In this document: positions 1-12,435 of the stretch, piece after piece | Position numbering within the stretch: the stretch's first letter is position 1 | How the letters are laid out: the number at the start of each line of letters is the position of its first letter | Assembly (NCBI GenBank): GCA_000320545.1 | Contig: ADNK01000416.1 | Span: 1-52,757, forward strand | Reading direction: 5' to 3' | DNA: 52,757 nt | DNA from: Bigelowiella natans CCMP2755 | Taxonomy: Eukaryota; Protista; Cercozoa | Translations under genes and position numbers: made by a program | Notes under the pieces: generated by a model | What the model was told of the DNA's origin: nothing | Databases searched by the model: none | The model's input: the letters and a program-made list of their open reading frames with translations, nothing else

Positions 1-161
1 TCTTCTGCCCTCGGGTGCTATCTTTCTCTGGCATTGTCTCGGGCTCTAAAGGGGGTGCCAATTACAAAAACTGCGCCCCCTCCCCCCCCCACACTTCGCG
101 TTGCAGTAAACTGGATCCTTGTCAGTCATGTCTTCCCTCCCTCAAAGCCCTAACCGCGGCG

Positions 162-205
<44 letters not shown>

Positions 206-568
206 CACATTGCGAAATAAACTCCTTGTACAGATATACAGCAGAGTAATAGACAATTGTTGTGGAATCATTATGTGTGAAGGAGGAGGACGCCATCATC
301 TTTTCTACCGGCACACCCTTGAGAGACTAAGACATGGAAAGAAAGCGAAGCAGCAGCAGGAGGAAAATCCATCGAAGGAGAAGAAAATCAATGTTGTGAA
401 CGACTAAGAATCTAAAATAGATTCCATACAGACCTACCTAACTATCTATTAACAATGTAATTTCATCAGATCAATTTTGCAAAGCCCCCCCCCCCTCCCC
501 CCCCTCCTGCAAACTTGCAAGGGGCCAGCAAAGGTATCTTTACTTACTCGCAAAATCTGATGATTTGA

Positions 569-2158
569 TTGAATGACATTGGGCATACCATCTCCGATCT
601 AGATTTCATGGACTTCATGTCTCAAGTACCAGGAACGAGTAACATTGCAGTGGGGGGTGCTGCTGCTTCTTCATCGGGAGCGCAAGAGAAGGGGGAAGGA
701 GAAAGAAGAGATCCTAGAGGAGGAGAAGTGGCAGCACCAGCACCGGCAGCCTCAGCCTCACACGTCGCGTCCACCTCCACACCTGATGATAATCAACACT
801 TCATCCACCCATCTCGACGAGCACGGTTTGCGAATCCTCCTCCCCCCTCGAGTAGTAGTAATACTAGCAGCAGGGGCAGCATGGGTCGTGAAACTACTGT
901 AGCAGGTTATTCAAGGATAACAGCTCCGGTTTACCCGCAGTATGATAGGAGCAGCGGCGGACGTGCAGGTGGTGGTGGTGGTGGTCATCGTTTTTCAGGC
1001 AGTAGTCATAGCCATCGAAGGGACACTGCATCAGGGAGGGGGGGGAGACCATCTTCCCGTTCGAGGTCTCGATCGCGCTCTACCTCACGCTCAAGGCGAG
1101 GTGACAAGAGGCGACGTAGAGGACGAAGACGTGGCAGCAGCAGTCGGTCACCACCGGGGGGGGGGGGGGGGCGTTCGCGAAGCCGAGAAAGAAGGCCTCA
1201 GTTTGTGAATCGTGACGGCAACGATGTAGATGAGTTTGGAAGATCTATTCCTTCTATGTCGAAACAAGAAAACCCGTCCAAAGACGAGCCATTATCGTCT
1301 ACAACAGCTTCGGCAGCAGTAGCAGCAGGAGGAGGAGGAGAGTGTCCTCCTCACCACCAGAGTCAGAGCGCAGCAGCAACAACAATAACCGGCACCAAGA
1401 ACGGAAGAGACGATAATAATAACGATGATGATGATGGTAATGCCCATCGCGCTCCTTCCCATAGTCCTCGAGAGGGCCAAAGTAGCAATCGGCGAAGAGG
1501 GAGACGGAAAGCACGCAAGAAGCATGGCAAGAGGCGTGGACGAAGATCAGCTTCGTCGTCGTCATCGTCTTCTTCCTCCAACAGATCACGTAGCAGCAGT
1601 AGTAACAGCAGCAGCAGCAGCAGTAGTGGATCTCATGCCTCCAGGTCCAACAAACGAAGAGGTTCTCGATCAAGGAGGCGGGGAAGTAGAAGTAGCACTC
1701 AGAAGGCGCGTCGCTCATCCAACTTTTCGGATGTACCCCCTCCAAATCAACATCTCAATGCTCTGGCCTCCTCCTCTGGCGCTGGTGGTAGTGGCAATGC
1801 TGGGGATAGCAAATCTATCCTTCACCCGCAACTTCAACCTCACGTGATGTACGGTAATAATAATACTGGCCTACAACCAAGCCAGGGACTCATCAGCAGC
1901 CCTCTTCTTGGAAATCACCACGTACCCACCGCTTCGAATAATAGTAATACGGGGGGGGCTATGGGAATGACATGGGGTCGGCGAGGAGGGAGGGCACATA
2001 GAGGACGGGGCGGTCGCGTTACAGCAGGTGGTCAGGCGTTGGGAGTAGTAGGGTATGGAGGACGTGGCCGAGGGGGTGGATATCCGGGGTCCTCCTTTCA
2101 TCCTGGAATGCAACCTCCGGGAATGAACAACTTTGATCAGCATCTTCCCAGACAATGA
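569..2158 (+). CDS. Low-complexity Arg/Ser- and RGG-rich disordered protein; probably the terminal exon of a gene starting upstream (candidate exons near 108-160 and 243-400)
   Basis: 529-codon open frame with RS dipeptide runs (SRSRSRSRSTSRSRR), poly-Ser tracts and a C-terminal RGG cluster. No globular domain recognised; true start unknown. Confidence 0.6.
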   Translation: MNDIGHTISDLDFMDFMSQVPGTSNIAVGGAAASSSGAQEKGEGERRDPRGGEVAAPAPAASASHVASTSTPDDNQHFIHPSRRARFANPPPPSSSSNTSSRGSMGRETTVAGYSRITAPVYPQYDRSSGGRAGGGGGGHRFSGSSHSHRRDTASGRGGRPSSRSRSRSRSTSRSRRGDKRRRRGRRRGSSSRSPPGGGGGRSRSRERRPQFVNRDGNDVDEFGRSIPSMSKQENPSKDEPLSSTTASAAVAAGGGGECPPHHQSQSAAATTITGTKNGRDDNNNDDDDGNAHRAPSHSPREGQSSNRRRGRRKARKKHGKRRGRRSASSSSSSSSSNRSRSSSSNSSSSSSSGSHASRSNKRRGSRSRRRGSRSSTQKARRSSNFSDVPPPNQHLNALASSSGAGGSGNAGDSKSILHPQLQPHVMYGNNNTGLQPSQGLISSPLLGNHHVPTASNNSNTGGAMGMTWGRRGGRAHRGRGGRVTAGGQALGVVGYGGRGRGGGYPGSSFHPGMQPPGMNNFDQHLPRQ

Positions 2159-2159
2159 A

Positions 2160-3200
2160 TGCAATATCCTTTGATGTTACGATTATGCATGTGCATCGCT
2201 GCAAAAACTATAGAAAACTTCTGACTATCATTTTCATGCAGTAAGCATGTAGTGTTCTCCAACGGCTTCCAAGGAGGCATGTGAGTTGCCAACTCACATG
2301 CTCCGCGATCCGCGCGAGCTGGCACATGTGGTTTCAGCAACATGATGTGATGAAATGTCGAAATCGCGATGCGATGCGATGGCTGTGCTGCATGGTACTT
2401 GACACACTGCGTCGTGTCTGATGGTGGATGACAACTTGAGCTCACAAACACATCTATAGACATCGAGCTGATTGCACATGCACCTTGCAACGCAGGCGCA
2501 CACAACTTCCAAATCTAGAAATGTGGCTAGCGCGTGCTAGCGTGCGCTTTCCGTCAATGTGATCTGTAGTGATGACGGCATGCAACTAGGCTAGAAGCCC
2601 GCGAGCACGCAGCGCAACAACAAACACTACTGATAGAACGACACTGCTAGACTGACTGGCACACAGTGTATTCCTAGCAGACCCAAGTACGTGGTACGCA
2701 TGCAAGCATGCGCATTGCGACACTAGTATAAGTTCTAGCCATGAGCCTAGCAGTTGACTTGACCAACACATGACACATATATGGCTAGATGGATCAGGCA
2801 CATCTAGACATGCACATCTAGATATCACCATGAACAGACTACATTAATTCGTGCATACCAATGCATTATAGCATCAATTTTTGGTGGGCACGGGCGGGGA
2901 GACATCGTGTGTGTTAATTGCATCAAGTTAGCAAGCCTTGCGTTGGCTAGCTTGTCCGATTCACCGCGCGCACAGCAATAAGCGCGGGCAAACAAGCAGG
3001 CAAACAAAGTGGGTGGCCCAGCAATGACAATCCATTTCCGGAACTCGAATACGCGTTTTTGTGGCAATATCTTATGATCTTCTGTCTCGGATCGAATGCA
3101 TGAGCGCGCACCGATGCAATGTGCACGCACGGCGGAAATCAATCTGGTGTGTGTTTCGATGAAAATATCTACGCACGCACACTGGACTAGATCTTCATCC
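2160..3200. other. CTAG/TGCA/CATG-rich intergenic island A (convergent gap)
   Basis: About 15 CTAG by manual count, 13 of them within ~2514-2822, plus many TGCA/CATG. Lies between a + ORF ending at 2158 and a - gene ending at 3204. Confidence 0.8.
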
Positions 3201-3203
3201 TAA

Positions 3204-4100
3204 CTATTGCATGTTCTGTTCCTCCATCGGGCTTGGGATTTTCAGGTGCTTCATGATTGCAGCCACACTAGCCTCGACCCTGGCAACCTTGGCCAGAAGC
3301 TCGTTCATGTTTCTGTGTAGTTCCATGGTCTTCTTCATCTGGCCGATGTCACCGCGGGCACGGGCACGCTTTTTGAGCTCCTCGACAATCTGGAGAACAC
3401 AAGTGCTTTCAGATTTGCGACGATGATGCCATGCATGGGGTCGCGCTGCTCTCTGACTGTTCTTTTCGATTCTTCCAAATGATCGATCGGTGCGGCGGAA
3501 AGAAATGCATGCAAACGAGAGCACCACAAACCTCGGTGGTAACTTTTTGGTCGCCACAGCAGCCGATTATGAACGGAGTCTCATTTTCGTGAAAGAATCC
3601 AGGGTTGATCGCGGGGCAGCAACAACACTCCTTCACTTCACCTATACCCGAGAGTTCGCCGTAGGGGTAAACCTCTTCCTGGCCAGAGTTGCAGGCGTGC
3701 CACCTGGTGTGATGATGATTATGGCATTTCAGATGATAAACTCTCTTTTGTCAATCCCGAAATGCACGGAGGAAAGAAAGAAGAAGGCACTTTTCAATGG
3801 CTCTGGGGGAGATGAAAATTGGCGGAATGATTAAACAGAACTGACCAAGACTTGTAGTGCAATTCGTCGTCCCGAAGGGTAAGGTCCTTCGTACGGCAGC
3901 AGTATAAGTCGCAGCAGCCCCGCACGTCGTAGTGCTTCACCTCGAATTGATCTTTCTGGTCGTCCATTTTCTGGTCGTCCATGTACCTCCTCCTTGGACT
4001 TATTGAAGCCATTCCATTGGTGGATTTTAAGACTGTAGAACTCCATATCAATATCTCATCTCTTTCGAGAACACCGTTGATCTGCTTCACATTCATTCAG
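3204..4100 (-). CDS. Multi-exon hypothetical protein with cysteine clusters and a C-terminal coiled coil
   Basis: Exon-like segments MDDQKMDDQKDQFEVKHYDVRGCCDLYCCRTKDLTL, EEVYPYGELSGIGEVKECCCCPAINPGFF..IIGCCGDQKVTTE and a last exon ..ELHRNMNELLAKVARVEASVAAIMKHLKIPSPMEEQNMQ*. 5' end uncertain. Confidence 0.5.
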
Positions 4101-4914
4101 TATCACCATGTCGCTTTCTCAACTTTCAGGTTCCTTTCAGAAAAACGTTTGCCGGGACTCCAGAGTTTCAGCCAAGATTGATTGACGCTCCTGACAAAAA
4201 GGGTTCAGCATCTACGCAGAATTCAAATTTAAACATAAAATGGCATTGATTTCTTTGCTAAGACAAGGTGCTGCGCCATGTCGCTCCTATCGAGCAAATT
4301 GTGACCATTTGTTGGATACGAAATGAAAATTAGTGCTCTATTAATGGAGCACCCCTCCTGGTCTGTATCACAACAAATGCCCCCGCTGTTGTTCCACATT
4401 CTCCGACCACTTGCTACTGCTGCTGCCAAATGTATGAGTTGAGCCATCACTCTTTTTGCATTCGCTCGTTCTCGCCAATGTAAGAATCACAAACTAAGCA
4501 CAAATAGTGGAACAGTGCTTACGTGTGAACCTTCATGTACAAGTGTAAGTGTGTGTGTGTGTGTGTGTGTGCGTGTGAGTTGCGCGATGCATTACACTTT
4601 GATGTGAAATGATAGGAGAAATTCAAGTCTGAAGATGCCATGCGAAATGTTAATAAACCTTCATTTCCTACTCCTCCTCCTTCTCCTCCTCTTCCTCTTC
4701 CTTCGTCTCTCCTCTCTCTCTCTCTTCCCCCTTGAAGCGAGTGGGTGTGGTAGAACTCACCGAGGCTATTCAAAGCACGGTACCTACCCTTTCCATTGAG
4801 ATTAAACACTAACGAATGCTCACGAGAACCATAAATATCCACTCTCTCTATTTTTGACAATAAGAAGTGGGTGGGTCACACAGAGGAAAAGAGTGGCGCA
4901 TGCACGCACGCAGA

Positions 4915-5440
4915 ATGTCGTACTTACTCTTTAACGCTCCTCTATGTATCTATCAGACGGTACAGGAGTTACGTAAGACGCACAAAGAAGGGAAGCGTCC
5001 TGCAGGTCCATTGTTTAATTGGTGAGGGTCTAAATGATTTGTTCAATTCTTGACGCGCAGGTAGTTGCAGAGCACTATCTGCGTGGCGTCATATTGTGTG
5101 AGCCGGCTCTTTGCATGGTATTAGAATTCCTTTTTACAAATCCACAAATTGTCTATGATGATTGGTCCTTGTCTCTCGCAGGAATGCAACTCGGAAGCCG
5201 TCATTCTGGATGGCAGCGAGGGAGGAGTACCCGAATACTTAATCCATAATACGAACGTTTGCCTTTCACCAGATCGACGTTATCGAGAATAAAACATTCG
5301 GAAATAATGCCATTCTCATGCAGGTGGCAAGAGCCATCACGTGTTGCCCATACTTGCCGCGCACTGAAACTCAAACGTCCCAGCTGGCCAGCTTTCGACA
5401 TGGAATTATTAGATGCGACACAGCTAGCTAGCTAGACAGT
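4915..5440 (+). CDS. Possible small multi-exon gene, product unresolved
   Basis: Series of good acceptor/donor pairs (ctatcag..gtaag, ctgcag..gtgagg, cgcag..gtatta, cgcag..gtac, caccag). No reading frame gave a recognisable protein. Confidence 0.3.
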
Positions 5441-5950
5441 GTCAGCAGGGCAATCTTTCGGAGTCACAGAGACTTTGTGTTCAAAACATATCACTGCCAC
5501 CATCACACTTGGGCAGAACGCTGATACGTTGTTAACGAATGGTGATTGCTAAGCAGCCGGGATGCGTGGTTAGATCTCCTTGCGAATCTAGCATCACGTT
5601 TGTTACATTGAAGTGCTGCGCAAGTCCAACAGTAGCGAGGCGTATCCTTGGAGAACACAGGTGCTGCAGATGAGTACCAAACAATGGAGATTTGTTTTCA
5701 TGCACACCGCCCGGCCAGCTCCAAGCTAGCAAGGTGTTGAACAGAGTTGCACGTCATCGCCATCACGCGACTCACGCGCATGTGTCATTGCATGATGATG
5801 ACCGCTACGCCGCTGACTCGCGCATGCATGTTGCATGCACAAGCGCACGGTTGCACGCAACTAGCCAACTGGCCCACGTACTAGCCGATCAAGCAGCACA
5901 AAATCCCTTTGTGACTTGATGGTACATGACTTCAAGCCTTATTCGTGATT
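5410..5950. other. CTAG/TGCA/CATG-rich intergenic island B
   Basis: GCTAGCTAGCTAG at ~5424, about 7 CTAG in total, dense GCATGC/TGCA. Lies between the putative + gene and a - gene ending near 5965. Confidence 0.7.
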
Positions 5951-5964
5951 GTTTCGAACGACGA

Positions 5965-7740
5965 TCATGCACTCCGAAACCAGGAAATGAATGTTTCTGT
6001 CACTCTGTACATCGTACCAACTCTATGCTGACTCTCGCTAGTACATTCAGAAGAGCTGGCTTCCTGCAAATCTTGTGTGTAGCAATTTTTCATGCCGCTA
6101 TCCACCTTATTTTCATTCCGCCCTTCCCCAAACTCCACAGTGGGTTCTAGGATTATGAAAAAACGCGTGAATGCCAGAAGGAGCCACAGAATCCAAGAAG
6201 ACAATTGCGCATAAATGTATTGTTTTCACACGCTAGAAGAATTACCTGTGTTCTGTGCTTCTGATGGGACTCTTGTATTATCCTGAATGGTGGATGTAGG
6301 TGTTTCTATATGGTATTATCATCCATAACCAATTTATGGGTATAATGCGAATGTTATTCGTAAAATCACCCCGTTGAAGGTAGATTCAACTTCTGTATCA
6401 ACGCTCTCAAGATTTAGTATCTGAAGAGAAGCAATATGAACACGTCAGAAGAAACCAGTGGTACATACACTTTACAGGTTAAATACTAAGATTTCATTTG
6501 GAACTGAATCGATTAGAAAGTACATCGGTATGATGATTTCTACCTGACGAGCGAAATCGTTCGAGTTTAAAATGTTTAAGTGCCGAGTGTAGTTCGAGTG
6601 CGAGATACGCCATATTTCTACCAAAAAAATGACTTTAGGATAAGATATAAAGTCGCGAAATGTTATTAAAAATAAATTTCGAGAATGCAGCTCTTACGAT
6701 GCTTCTCAGGGTCGCTCGTACCACCGGTGGCCCTTTGTAAAACGTTGATTTAGTATATCGAGTAGTCGTATCGATGAAAATAGCCATGATGACGAGATAA
6801 TCGTGTGGACATGATGAAGATGATGATGACATCGATGAAGATCTGGATGTGTGGTGTGTTTTTGTATGAATAACCGTATGCAGCGTTTGATCAATCCTAT
6901 GTCTGAGCTCACCTGGATGATGCGTGTATATGTGCATGCGTACTGTATATTAATGTGCACTGGGCATGAATAATTGTATGTCCTTTTTAACTTAGGACTA
7001 ACTCAAGGATTCTATCTCGCTATTCCGTTGTTTTCGTTGTGTAATCTGAAACTTATTGTAAATTTCTTGAAAGTGTTATATAGAATCTAGCACAAACAGC
7101 TCCTTCTCATAAATTGGATCTTGTTCTGTGACTACTAAAGCCGTAGATTAGAAAATGAGCTTTCGAAGGCGATCTTAAAATACATAGTTTATAGTTTCCA
7201 AGGATGACATTACCAGTACGAGAACCACCGAACTCAAATCAGTCAATCTGATCGAAAACAATAAAGAACTCATGCAAAAAGTGAAGAATGGAATGCAGGC
7301 CAACTGTATCATAACATGTATGTGTTTAGCTTGGTGATGAAGGGTAAATTGTCATCAACCAATGGATACATTTATTGATTTCATTACAAACTCGTCTATG
7401 AATTTCCGAATTTGGACCTGGGGATGTGCATCGCTATAACATCGTCGGCTTTGAGGTTGCTTCCACTATAAGCGACAACATATCCTGATTGGTTTGTGAT
7501 GAATACGTTAAGATCGAATTCAGGTTTTATATCGCCTATACAAACGTTTGAAATGTGGTAAGGGTAATGTCTCGTTCGTCATGGAAGACTGCCATCTATT
7601 TGTTTTTTGTTGGCATATTCTCTGAGTGTAGTCCCTGGTTTGACTGGAATACCTTCATTCGTACGACAAGCCAACGGATTTTCCAACCGTGGATGTTGAC
7701 CTAAGAGGAGCCGTGCCACATGATGAAACGTAGAAGTGCT

Positions 7741-7802
<62 letters not shown>

Positions 7803-8950
7803 TCTCTCTTTCTCTGTACGTACACAAAAACACACATTAATATTTGTGCATGTATTCCTCATGCGTTATTTACGACGTGACCATCATCTCCAGGGCTGAA
7901 TTCAGGAGAGTGATCAAAAACAAGAATGGAGTTTTGCAGCAAATTATTTTCTTCCAGAAAATCTGTAATTTTTTCCTTTAGCTCTTGCCGACTCAACTTC
8001 CACTAATGAGAAATGATTTATCTCTTATTAAATTGGATACACGTTCATACTCCACCCCCTCGCTATCGCTTTATATGTCTCGATCCCTCGAAAATTTCCT
8101 TCTCTCTTTTCTAACCTTACAATTCTATATAAAATATGGGATTTGGAACGGGGGAGAAAGGCTTACCCTGATGAGAGGGGCCCCTCGGACATTCTCGCAG
8201 TCGATGAGCAGCAAACATGGGCGAGAGCGTCGGCGCTCCTTTCTACGATTAAGGCGAAAGTTTACAGTGCGAAATTCCAAGAGTGACTTTTCCTTCCGGT
8301 TTTTAATATATACAACTGTTTTAAGAAAAGAATAACCCCCTTGCGCTTGCAAACCTCAGAGCTGAAGCAGTATTCTTCTTATTGCCTTTCTTAGCTGCAT
8401 GTGCTGTTGGAGCCTTTTTGTGATATGAAAGCAACGGTCCGATTCAGTTTCACGCTTGTATTAATCATTGACGTGTAAATAACATGAATGCACCCTTCCT
8501 CTGAATAGAACTTTGTGAAGTCGCCGGCATCTTGCGTGGGTGGAAATTGGCATCGAGGAGGGAAGCGGTGTGCAATAATCGAGCAGTCTTGGAGCCGTAA
8601 AAAGGCCAGTTAATGGTAGAATTTTGAGGAGGAGGCACAAAATTTGAATCTTTCCTGCATTATCTCCTCCGATCATTCTCTACAATCCTGATAACTAACA
8701 CAATGACTGAGCTTGTACGTTCCAAACCCCATTCTTCGGTACACTCCACGAGAAGGATTTTGCTTCCGAGTGGAGCATTATCAATAGATGTCGCAGAGCA
8801 AAAATACAAGCTATTTTCAGAAATAGAACAATTGGGAAACTCCCGTTAGTATCCGCTGATCGAAACAGTAGCCCTTTTGGAGAACCTCGGGAGACAAACT
8901 TTAGATACGTCTTCGCATTTCTCCGTTCAGGTTTCCGAAACCGAAAGCTA
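5965..8950 (-). CDS. Multi-exon protein with NYN (PIN-fold, YacP-like) ribonuclease motifs
   Basis: Minus-strand exons carry, in the expected order, CLLLIDCENVRG (~8170-8215, followed by a gtaagc donor), SILVFDH (~7910-7935) and VVAYSGSNLKADDVIA (~7430-7480). Other exons and both ends are uncertain. Confidence 0.5.
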
Positions 8951-9334
8951 ACATGTCGCATCTGTGGTGATATTTCCGAAACCGCCTCCAGGTTGTATTA
9001 AATATAAGACATTAATTACATACGTCTTGATTTTGAAAGGAAATCGTCATAAAAGTGGATCCCGTGATGCGGACATGGTTTTTTATTCCAATCATGTGAA
9101 GACATGAGAGACATGGTAAAAGGCTATTTGGCTGTTTTTTGGATTGTCGTTTGTTTATATTAGAAGAGAACAAAGGATATTACAGTATTTTTTTTAGTTT
9201 CAAGGGAATTTTCCAAACTGAATATTTCAAATAACACTTCTCAGATTCTACGAATTTCGAGCTACATCCTATGTCGTAACTGTATAAATTCATGGGATTT
9301 TCCGTGAAGTCTTCAGAACGCGACTGGAAAACCA

Positions 9335-11291
9335 ATGACGACCATGACGAGCCAATGGGGCCCGCCCCTCCTCCTATGTCTGGTCACCACGTCGTTTGCC
9401 CTCACAAACTTGGCCAGGCTTCCTGTAGAGGTTATTAAATTTCCATATATAAATCATTTGAGAGAAGAGGGTGGTTCGAAAAGCATGTGATTCAGCATTT
9501 TTAAGGCAACCTAACTAGATTCCTCTCTAATTCACATTATGTTGGCTGTGAGCTAAAAATTCTAAAAGTAAATGAATCTAATTTTACAGAAGGACCTTCC
9601 AGAAATCAAGCCAGAGCTTATGAAAACTAAAAATCTTCAGTCAACACGGCCGAACAAAACTATGGTTCAAGAACAAGCCATCAAGCTTGTGGATGGGCTT
9701 CTCAGCGCTGCAAAACTAGATAATAAGACCATTAAAATGGTCAATTCTCTCCTCAACTCATCATATTCAAATGATACCATGACAATAGTAAGAAAGAATA
9801 TCACGACGAAGGAGAAGAATCTTATGAACAAAAAGTCCTACAAGTGCGGAGTCTGCACACCAATGAAGAAAGTGAACCCGGATTACATGATAGACCTCAG
9901 GTATAGTAGGAAGTCACATGTTTAATTTAAGATTCGAAGTTACTGTTCAGAAAAAGAGGGGATGATTAGGGAGGATATGGGAGTTAAGAGAAGTTCCCTT
10001 TGAAGAATATTTGCGGTCTATAACATTAAAATTTGATCTTCAGGATGCACCTCCCACCGAATCGCCCTGAGCTAACTTGCGAACAATTGGCCAAAAATTC
10101 CGATGATGGAAAGGAAATGCGCCAAATCTTGAGCCAGATTGCTAGTTCAAAGCACGACTGTGTGAAAGGATACAGGCCAAAAGCAGTAGAAAATGGTCAG
10201 TCATCTCTTTTTTACGAGCATAATAACATTAACAACCGGTTGGAACTTGCAATTGACTGTTGATGTTAATGAATATAGGTCTCGGAGCATCCCTTGCATC
10301 TCTTATCAAACCGATGATGCACGCTGTCAAGTACCAACAGTGTGTTTACACCCCGAAGCTCAAGATGTGGGCCGGCAAACAGGATCACTGCAAAGGCTAC
10401 GAGTGCTACTTCCAAGCTATGGCGCCAGAGAAGACCACAACCAAGTCGGCACACGTGAGTTTTTCCAAAAAGTGGGCGTCTCTCGTCGAGGACGGTGAGA
10501 GGAATGCAAGCTTTTGCCCAACATGGTGGGGGTTCCAGCGCGAGCAGGAAGATCCTCCAGAGAATAGAACGGAGGCTTCCCTTTCGGACAACTGCCTGTA
10601 CTCATACTCATTCACTGAGCAAGGTGAGGCTGTTTTGCCGCAAGAATTCAGTCACCGTGGCCTTTTTTTCACCGTCTCGCATATTGTCAACCACCTTACG
10701 CGACCTAGTAAGAAACTTCAAGCAATGATTGAGAAGGCGAAATGGCAGATGAAGTGGCCCAACGATACGTCGGAACTGATGCTTTCTGTGCACGTACGAC
10801 AAGGGGACGCTTGCATCAAATCTAGTTCCAACTTCCAAGGCCGTAAGTGTGACGGCCTCGCACACTACATTCCTTCAATCCAGCTCATGGCTGATACATA
10901 CGGCTTCAAACACGTATTTCTAGCTACCGACACGCAAGAAGTCCGCGATGCTACTGAAGACTACCCGCAGTTCATCTGGCACTTCCAGAAGGAAAACCTC
11001 TACTCGCAGAAGCGATCTCATGTTCTCAAATATCTTCCTATTGAGAAGGCTCTGAAGTATGGAGTGCTCGATGCGTTTGAGGAGGGCGCATCGTATCTTG
11101 TCGACTTGCACCTCATGGCTCAGGGTCATGGTTTTGTAGGAAAATTCACGAGTAACCTCGATCGGTTAGTATACAATCTTATGGGTTCGAAAGCCGATTG
11201 CTATCGCCCTTACATATCACTTGATTCTGGGTGGTGTTTTGACTACGGTCTCTCTAATGGTGACGGCGACACTGGGGACTTTCAATGTTAG
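9335..11291 (+). CDS. GT23 family alpha-1,6-fucosyltransferase-like (FUT8/NodZ-like) protein; join(9335..9430,9590..9900,10044..10195,10279..11291), 523 aa
   Basis: All four exons are phase-consistent with GT-AG introns. N-terminal hydrophobic anchor (PPLLLCLVTTSFAL); motifs SVHVRQGD, VFLATD and DLHLMAQGHGFVGKFTSNLDRLVYNLM..YISLD. Confidence 0.85.
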
Positions 11292-11389
11292 AATAAGTAA
11301 TAGCCGATGAGAATGAGACGGTGATGACAACCTTGGCATGTTATTTTCGGATCTCAACCATTCTCTCAAATAGCTCCGTGCGTGAACAG

Positions 11390-12060
11390 CCATGCACACA
11401 CAATGATTTTATAAGCTTTAAATAAAGTACAGAGTTGTCAACAATCACAACCTTGACGCACCGATCATGCATTATGCGTTGCATCCATGACAACGTGTCT
11501 CAAGATGATACACTCGACGCCATGAAACATCTCACTAACAGTAGTAGGCTGATACAGCAACGATACCTACGCATGCATACATTACGTTGAGGGACGCACT
11601 GGTAGCATGATGAATAACTCAAAAACTAATGACAAGATCTCACATTACATACATTTGCATGACTGCATGTGCGCGTTCGTCTACATACATGTATTAGCTA
11701 GCTACAGTAAGACGGGATGTAATTAATTGATGTAGCTTGCACAGTATATAGCTCATTTGCTGCTGCTTCTATGCTATGCTATAACTTCGATTCTATATAT
11801 AATATGGCTCGACCTATATATTATGAATCGAAAGCCTGTCCTGCATCCCATCTGCAATTTAATCACAGCCGAACTAAAAGTTGCCGCTACGATACACGCG
11901 TGCATGACAGGTGTACATGCAGCAAATGTGTCGTTCCACAGTCCCGCACCGCATCGCTGATTGCTGCTGATGCGTATCGCAGAACGACTTGACAAAAATG
12001 TATGTGGCCAAAGTACATTTTTTGTCTATCGTATACTTACGTGTAAGTGTACATGCGCAA
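11390..12060. other. TGCA/CATG-rich intergenic island C (convergent gap)
   Basis: Many TGCA/CATG/GCATGC but few CTAG. Lies between the GT23 stop (11291) and a - strand stop at 12104. Confidence 0.65.
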
Positions 12061-12103
12061 TGCCTTGAGAAATAAAATTATTTATAACAAAAATCAGCTC
12101 AGA

Positions 12104-12401
12104 CTAATCATTGTTCTTAAAAACCCAATCGACGGCATCTTCATTGCTTTCATCATCATCATCATCAGAGAATACACTCTCCCTCTTTGATTTGGAAATT
12201 CTAGTAAGTTTTCCTCCTTTCGCATCAAGTTCAGCAAATCCTTCTGGCCTGTAACCTATGGAATTTCAAGGCAGCATTCATCTCGATGAGCACCATCATG
12301 ATGAGCATTGCATCACATGATACTGCATCTAATTTGATGATTGTGGTGATGAAAGATAGTATCCTTTGCGAATCGAACAGATTGGCGTGTACTGAAAGAG
12401 G

Positions 12402-12435
<34 letters not shown>

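Noticed and set aside
2514-2822. 10-bp periodic spacing of CTAG (nucleosome-positioning code)
   Set aside because: Manual spacings (about 12,10,49,5,56,27,49,12,12,38,19,14) are not convincingly periodic; autocorrelation over many islands is needed.
4960-5100. VHCLIGSCR as a CX5R phosphatase motif
   Set aside because: Depends on one speculative splice pattern, and there is no room for the rest of a phosphatase domain.
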